A stretch of 64,000 nt of DNA from Marinicella sp. (lineage in GTDB: Bacteria; Pseudomonadota; Gammaproteobacteria; Xanthomonadales; Marinicellaceae). The stretch covers positions 160,001 to 224,000 of the forward strand of contig OZ246001.1 of NCBI GenBank assembly GCA_965230295.1. The letters are read 5' to 3'. The translations under genes were made by a program, and so were the position numbers. Under the pieces are notes generated by a model. That model was given only the letters and a program-made list of their open reading frames with translations, searched no databases and was not told the DNA's origin. Shown here piece after piece: positions 60,090 to 64,000 of the stretch. The stretch's first letter is position 1. Each line of letters opens with the position of its first letter.

Positions 60090-61157
60090 ATGATTCAAAA
60101 TCAAACCAGTGATAATAAAACTTGTTCTTGTATAATTGCGAACATGATGACAGAGTTCACAATTATGCTGGTCGGGTTTACCCTATTTAGTGCGACCTCC
60201 TTGCTGTTTGCCTATATTTTTTTCTTACCTAACCTTCAAAAAAGCAGTTTATCTAGACTGACTTGTACAGCCTTACTTGTGGGTTTATCAGTACTGCAAT
60301 GGTTTCATTACCAAACGTTAACTTCAGAATTTGATGCCTTACAAAACCGTATCTACTTGCTTTTTTTATTGTTTGTACCTGCCTGTTTCTATTATTTCAG
60401 CCGGTATGTGTTGTTTCCCAGTCTTGAAGCGAAATGGCATCATGCCCTTCACCTCATACCTACTGTTGTGGGTTTGTATTTGCCGACAGAAATCATCCCT
60501 CCCATTGCTTTTATGATTGGCTCTGCATATTGTTTGTGGTTCATACATCTGGTACTTAAATTACGTACCCAACAGAATCGATTTGCCATGGAGCGGTTCT
60601 TCTTTGGGATGTTCGCTTTGATGGCTGTCGGTGCTTTGGTTTTGGGTTTGATGTTACCTTATATTAATTCAATCATATTTTATACGGCTTATGGCAGCGC
60701 CATAGGTATAGCCATGTTGTTGGTCACCACAGCCATCATAATCTTCCCTGACATGCTCAATGACATTCAGCAAATGGCTGAGATGGCATATGCCAAAAGC
60801 AAGTTAAGTGGTATTGATGTGGCGGCCAAAAAAGCTCAGTTAGAAAAACTCGTGCAACAAGAGAGTGTCTATCAAAATGAAAAGCTGAGCTTGAAACTCA
60901 TGGCAGAAATGATCGATTTGTCAGTTCACCAGTTATCAGAGTTGGTCAATACGCAATATGGATTCGGGTTTTCTCAATGGGTTAGGATGCACCGAATCGA
61001 GCAGGCAAAAAAGTTGTTACTTGATGAACCCCAAACTTCCATTTTGGCTATCAGCATCATGACCGGCTTCCAGTCTCAATCTAATTTCTATGCGGCATTC
61101 AAGGAAATCACCTCTGAGTCACCCGGAAACTACCGAAAAAGAATGATCAAAGCGTAA
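60090..61157 (+). CDS. Membrane-bound AraC-family transcriptional regulator (start probably ~60145)
   Basis: Multi-TM N-terminus; HQLSELVN, RIEQAKKLL, GFQSQSNFYAAFK. Confidence 0.9.
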   Translation: MIQNQTSDNKTCSCIIANMMTEFTIMLVGFTLFSATSLLFAYIFFLPNLQKSSLSRLTCTALLVGLSVLQWFHYQTLTSEFDALQNRIYLLFLLFVPACFYYFSRYVLFPSLEAKWHHALHLIPTVVGLYLPTEIIPPIAFMIGSAYCLWFIHLVLKLRTQQNRFAMERFFFGMFALMAVGALVLGLMLPYINSIIFYTAYGSAIGIAMLLVTTAIIIFPDMLNDIQQMAEMAYAKSKLSGIDVAAKKAQLEKLVQQESVYQNEKLSLKLMAEMIDLSVHQLSELVNTQYGFGFSQWVRMHRIEQAKKLLLDEPQTSILAISIMTGFQSQSNFYAAFKEITSESPGNYRKRMIKA

Positions 61158-61240
61158 CAGGTTCCACTTCTATCATTCTGGAATACATGTATCACACTGA
61201 TTTAAAAGACATTTATATTTTTTTTGTTAAGGAAATATAA

Positions 61241-61720
61241 TTGCGGAAGCCAATTGTTTTATTAATCCATAAACTGTCCCACATTGATTCGAAGTTTGAA
61301 TCAAATTTAATTAACTTTAACACTATGAGGACAATTATGATTACTTCTATAACATACATCACTTACATCATCATCAGCGTTGGTATCACCGTTTTTGTTT
61401 CACGCACATTAAGCAGGAACGGAGAAATATATTTGATTGATGGCTTTAATGGCAATGTAGAACTGGCCAAGTCTGTTAACCACATGCTGGTGGTTGGCTT
61501 TTACTTAATCAATGTCGGTTTTGTATTGATGCGCCTACAAGCCAGCAACCAACTGATCAGTTTCGAATCCATGATCATTTATTTAAGCTCCAACATCGGC
61601 CTGGTCTTATTGATCCTGGGTGCATTGCACTTCTTTAACATGATCGTTATCCATAAGTTCAGAGAAAATGGTTTGAAAAAGGCTTACATAGCTGAACAAC
61701 GAAAAGGGTTGATGTCTTAA
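61241..61720 (+). CDS. Conserved small membrane protein (real start probably ~61337)
   Basis: RTLSRNGEIYL, SVNHMLVVGFYLINVG, LGALHFFN. Confidence 0.8.
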   Translation: MRKPIVLLIHKLSHIDSKFESNLINFNTMRTIMITSITYITYIIISVGITVFVSRTLSRNGEIYLIDGFNGNVELAKSVNHMLVVGFYLINVGFVLMRLQASNQLISFESMIIYLSSNIGLVLLILGALHFFNMIVIHKFRENGLKKAYIAEQRKGLMS

Positions 61721-61860
61721 CCTGGCTTTTAAATGTGGCAGGTAGCGAAGGATGGCCGGCCTGCCACTCATCAGCAAAGTCGACCGCTTATACAAAATGA
61801 CAACCCGATCTAGGTCTATTGGCTAAACTTGAACTCGAATCTACAACAACAGGAAACAAC

Positions 61861-62730
61861 ATGAAACGCCATCTATTCTTAATCACCATATTATTATTTT
61901 CATCAATCGCTTTCAGTGTCGCAGATCAATATGACTTCAAAGTCACTGTGCACGGCGAAGGTCAGCCCATGCTGCTGATCCCAGGCTTGAGTAACTCAGC
62001 TGAAGTTTGGGACAGCACGGTAAAAAAATACCAGGATCAATATGAAATGCACACTGTAACCCTACCCGGATTTGCGGGACAGCCGGCATTGGCTAACAAA
62101 GAAGGTTTTTTACATCAAGTCAGAGATCAGTTATTGGATTACATCCATGCACAAGACTGGAAAAAGCCGGTCATCGTTGGCCACAGCTTGGGCGGTTACG
62201 TATCCCTATTGATGGCCATCGAACGCCCCACCTTGTTTGACAAAATAGTCATTGTTGACGCAGTCCCCTTTATCCCGGCTTTAACCATGCCTGGCGCCAC
62301 TGAAGAAACATCTAAGGTGATGGCCGATGGTATGAAAGCACAGATGTCTCATCAAAACGAAGAGATGCGAGCGGCTTCTTTGAACATGATTCTGGCCACC
62401 ATGATCACCGATAAAGAGAAAATTAAATTGGCTCATCAATGGGGCATGGACAGTGATCCAGCTTCAGTCAATCAAGCCATGTATGAAATGATGACCCAAG
62501 ACATCAGACAGGAGATAGCTGTGATTGAATCACCGACCTTGATCATGGGTGCATGGATTGCCTACAAATCATTTGGTATGTCACATGAACGTTTGGCCAG
62601 CAGTTATGGTGCGCAGTATGAATTATTAAAAGGACACCAATTGGCGATCACTGACATCGGCAAACACTTCATCATGTGGGATGACCCAGAGTTCTATTTT
62701 GCTACAATGAGCGAATTTCTGAATCCATAA
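61861..62730 (+). CDS. Secreted alpha/beta hydrolase
   Basis: Signal peptide from ATG 61861, LIPGL, GHSLGG, KHFIMWD. Confidence 0.9.
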   Translation: MKRHLFLITILLFSSIAFSVADQYDFKVTVHGEGQPMLLIPGLSNSAEVWDSTVKKYQDQYEMHTVTLPGFAGQPALANKEGFLHQVRDQLLDYIHAQDWKKPVIVGHSLGGYVSLLMAIERPTLFDKIVIVDAVPFIPALTMPGATEETSKVMADGMKAQMSHQNEEMRAASLNMILATMITDKEKIKLAHQWGMDSDPASVNQAMYEMMTQDIRQEIAVIESPTLIMGAWIAYKSFGMSHERLASSYGAQYELLKGHQLAITDIGKHFIMWDDPEFYFATMSEFLNP

Positions 62731-62746
62731 GCCAACAACTAACAAC

Positions 62747-63799
62747 ATGCGATCCAACACCCAATTTTGGCTGATCAACACAGCAGGCTGGTTCACCTTC
62801 CTGCTGTGTACTGGCTTGTTCTTTGCTTACTTCAGTGGCAACATGACCATGCACACTTTGTTGATCCAATCCTTTGCTTTCTCCTACTACTTACCAGCCT
62901 CTGGCTTGTTGCGCAAGTGGATCAACCAACTGGGCTGGTTCGATAATAAATCTCAAGCCAAATTAATTCCCCTGTTGTTCATCATCACCTTTGCCTTGGC
63001 TTTTATCGGCCAATTTTTGGTGTCTTTGATCATGATGTATGGATTCAACATGATGAATTGGGAAACTTACTCGATTCCGATTCTGTTGATGACCACGGTA
63101 CAAAACTGGATCATCTTGTGTTTATGGACGGTGCTGTATTTGATGCTAAAACACATGCGGAATAATCGCCAGCAACAGCTTAAACAGATACAATTGGAAG
63201 CGGCTTTGCATGCCACAGAACTGAAAGCATTGAAAGCACAGTTGAACCCGCATTTCATCTTTAACTGCTTAAACAACATGCGTGCCATGGCCATTGATGA
63301 TGGCATCAAGACCCGGGAAATGATCACCAACCTGTCAGAAATACTGAAATATTCCTTTCAATTCGGCGATCACAACCAAGTGACTGTGGCACGTGAAGTT
63401 CAACATGTGAAACACTACCTGGCCTTGGAGGGCATTCAATTTGAAGATCGGTTGAGTTACGAGTTTAAAGTTGATGCGGTCGTTGAGCAGTTGATGATAC
63501 CCACCCTTTCCATTCAATTATTGGTCGAAAACGCCATCAAACATGGCATCATGGGCTTGCCTGATGGTGGCCACATCCAAATCAACATCACCCAAGTCAA
63601 TCAGGTTTTGACCATCACCGTCACCAACACAGGCCAAATTGATGACCAACCGCCAGAGTCAACCGGTGTTGGCTTAACCAATTTAAAACAACGACTGGCT
63701 CTGATCTATGGAGATCAAGCCACTTTGAGCATTCAAAACATCGGCCAAGATCGAGTGGCCGTCCAAGTCAAAATCCCAATAGAAGAAAAAGATGACTGA
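62747..63799 (+). CDS. LytS/YehU-type sensor histidine kinase
   Basis: LKAQLNPHFIFNCLN, QLLVENAIKHG, GVGLTNL. Confidence 0.93.
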   Translation: MRSNTQFWLINTAGWFTFLLCTGLFFAYFSGNMTMHTLLIQSFAFSYYLPASGLLRKWINQLGWFDNKSQAKLIPLLFIITFALAFIGQFLVSLIMMYGFNMMNWETYSIPILLMTTVQNWIILCLWTVLYLMLKHMRNNRQQQLKQIQLEAALHATELKALKAQLNPHFIFNCLNNMRAMAIDDGIKTREMITNLSEILKYSFQFGDHNQVTVAREVQHVKHYLALEGIQFEDRLSYEFKVDAVVEQLMIPTLSIQLLVENAIKHGIMGLPDGGHIQINITQVNQVLTITVTNTGQIDDQPPESTGVGLTNLKQRLALIYGDQATLSIQNIGQDRVAVQVKIPIEEKDD

Positions 63800-64000
63800 T
63801 ACCATCCAAGCCCTGATCATCGATGATTCCAGATTGGCCAGAAAAGAGCTGAAACACCTGTTAACCGTCCACCCAAGCATTGAAATTGTTGGCGAAGCCA
63901 ATTCTGGACAAGCGGCTCTTGAATGGTTGTCCAACAACCATGTCGATGTGATGTTTTTGGACATTCAAATGCCTGGTATGGATGGCTTCGAATTGTTACA
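63792..64000 (+). CDS. Response regulator, probably LytTR family (partial)
   Basis: ATG 63792: MTDTIQALIIDDSRLARKEL...FLDIQMPGMDGFELL; follows a LytS-type kinase. Confidence 0.88.
   Translation, partial: MTDTIQALIIDDSRLARKELKHLLTVHPSIEIVGEANSGQAALEWLSNNHVDVMFLDIQMPGMDGFELL

Overview
Chromosomal window of about 43% GC from a gammaproteobacterium. Gene content and the C-terminal DxIFxxxFD secreted proteins suggest a marine Marinicella/Wenzhouxiangella-like lineage (inference). Most of it is core or accessory metabolism: a suf operon, three two-component pairs, ABC/RND/MATE/NCS2 transporters, ABC-F YbiT, WS/DGAT, hydrolases and a TonB receptor. Two envelope/stress loci stand out. (1) A yjfI-pspA-yqiJ-flotillin-giant ATPase operon (PA3728-32-like) sits under a tandem palindromic operator. 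(2) The most striking is a 1.4-kb 'intergenic' region (58380-59860, minus strand) upstream of a slipin/SPFH gene. In order, it holds an rRNA-type promoter, a 32-aa leader peptide with a complete attenuator, two degenerate tRNA-like elements, and a ~730-nt highly base-paired RNA with long-range helices, GNRA loops, a candidate pseudoknot and a terminator. This is a candidate undescribed translation-stress-induced large ncRNA/tRNA-mimic system. The window also has a TA-targeting MITE splitting a DUF3667 gene, a six-copy structured dispersed repeat, REP-like elements, a bacterial pepsin and a membrane-anchored SspB-like protein. All calls were made by eye with no database searches.
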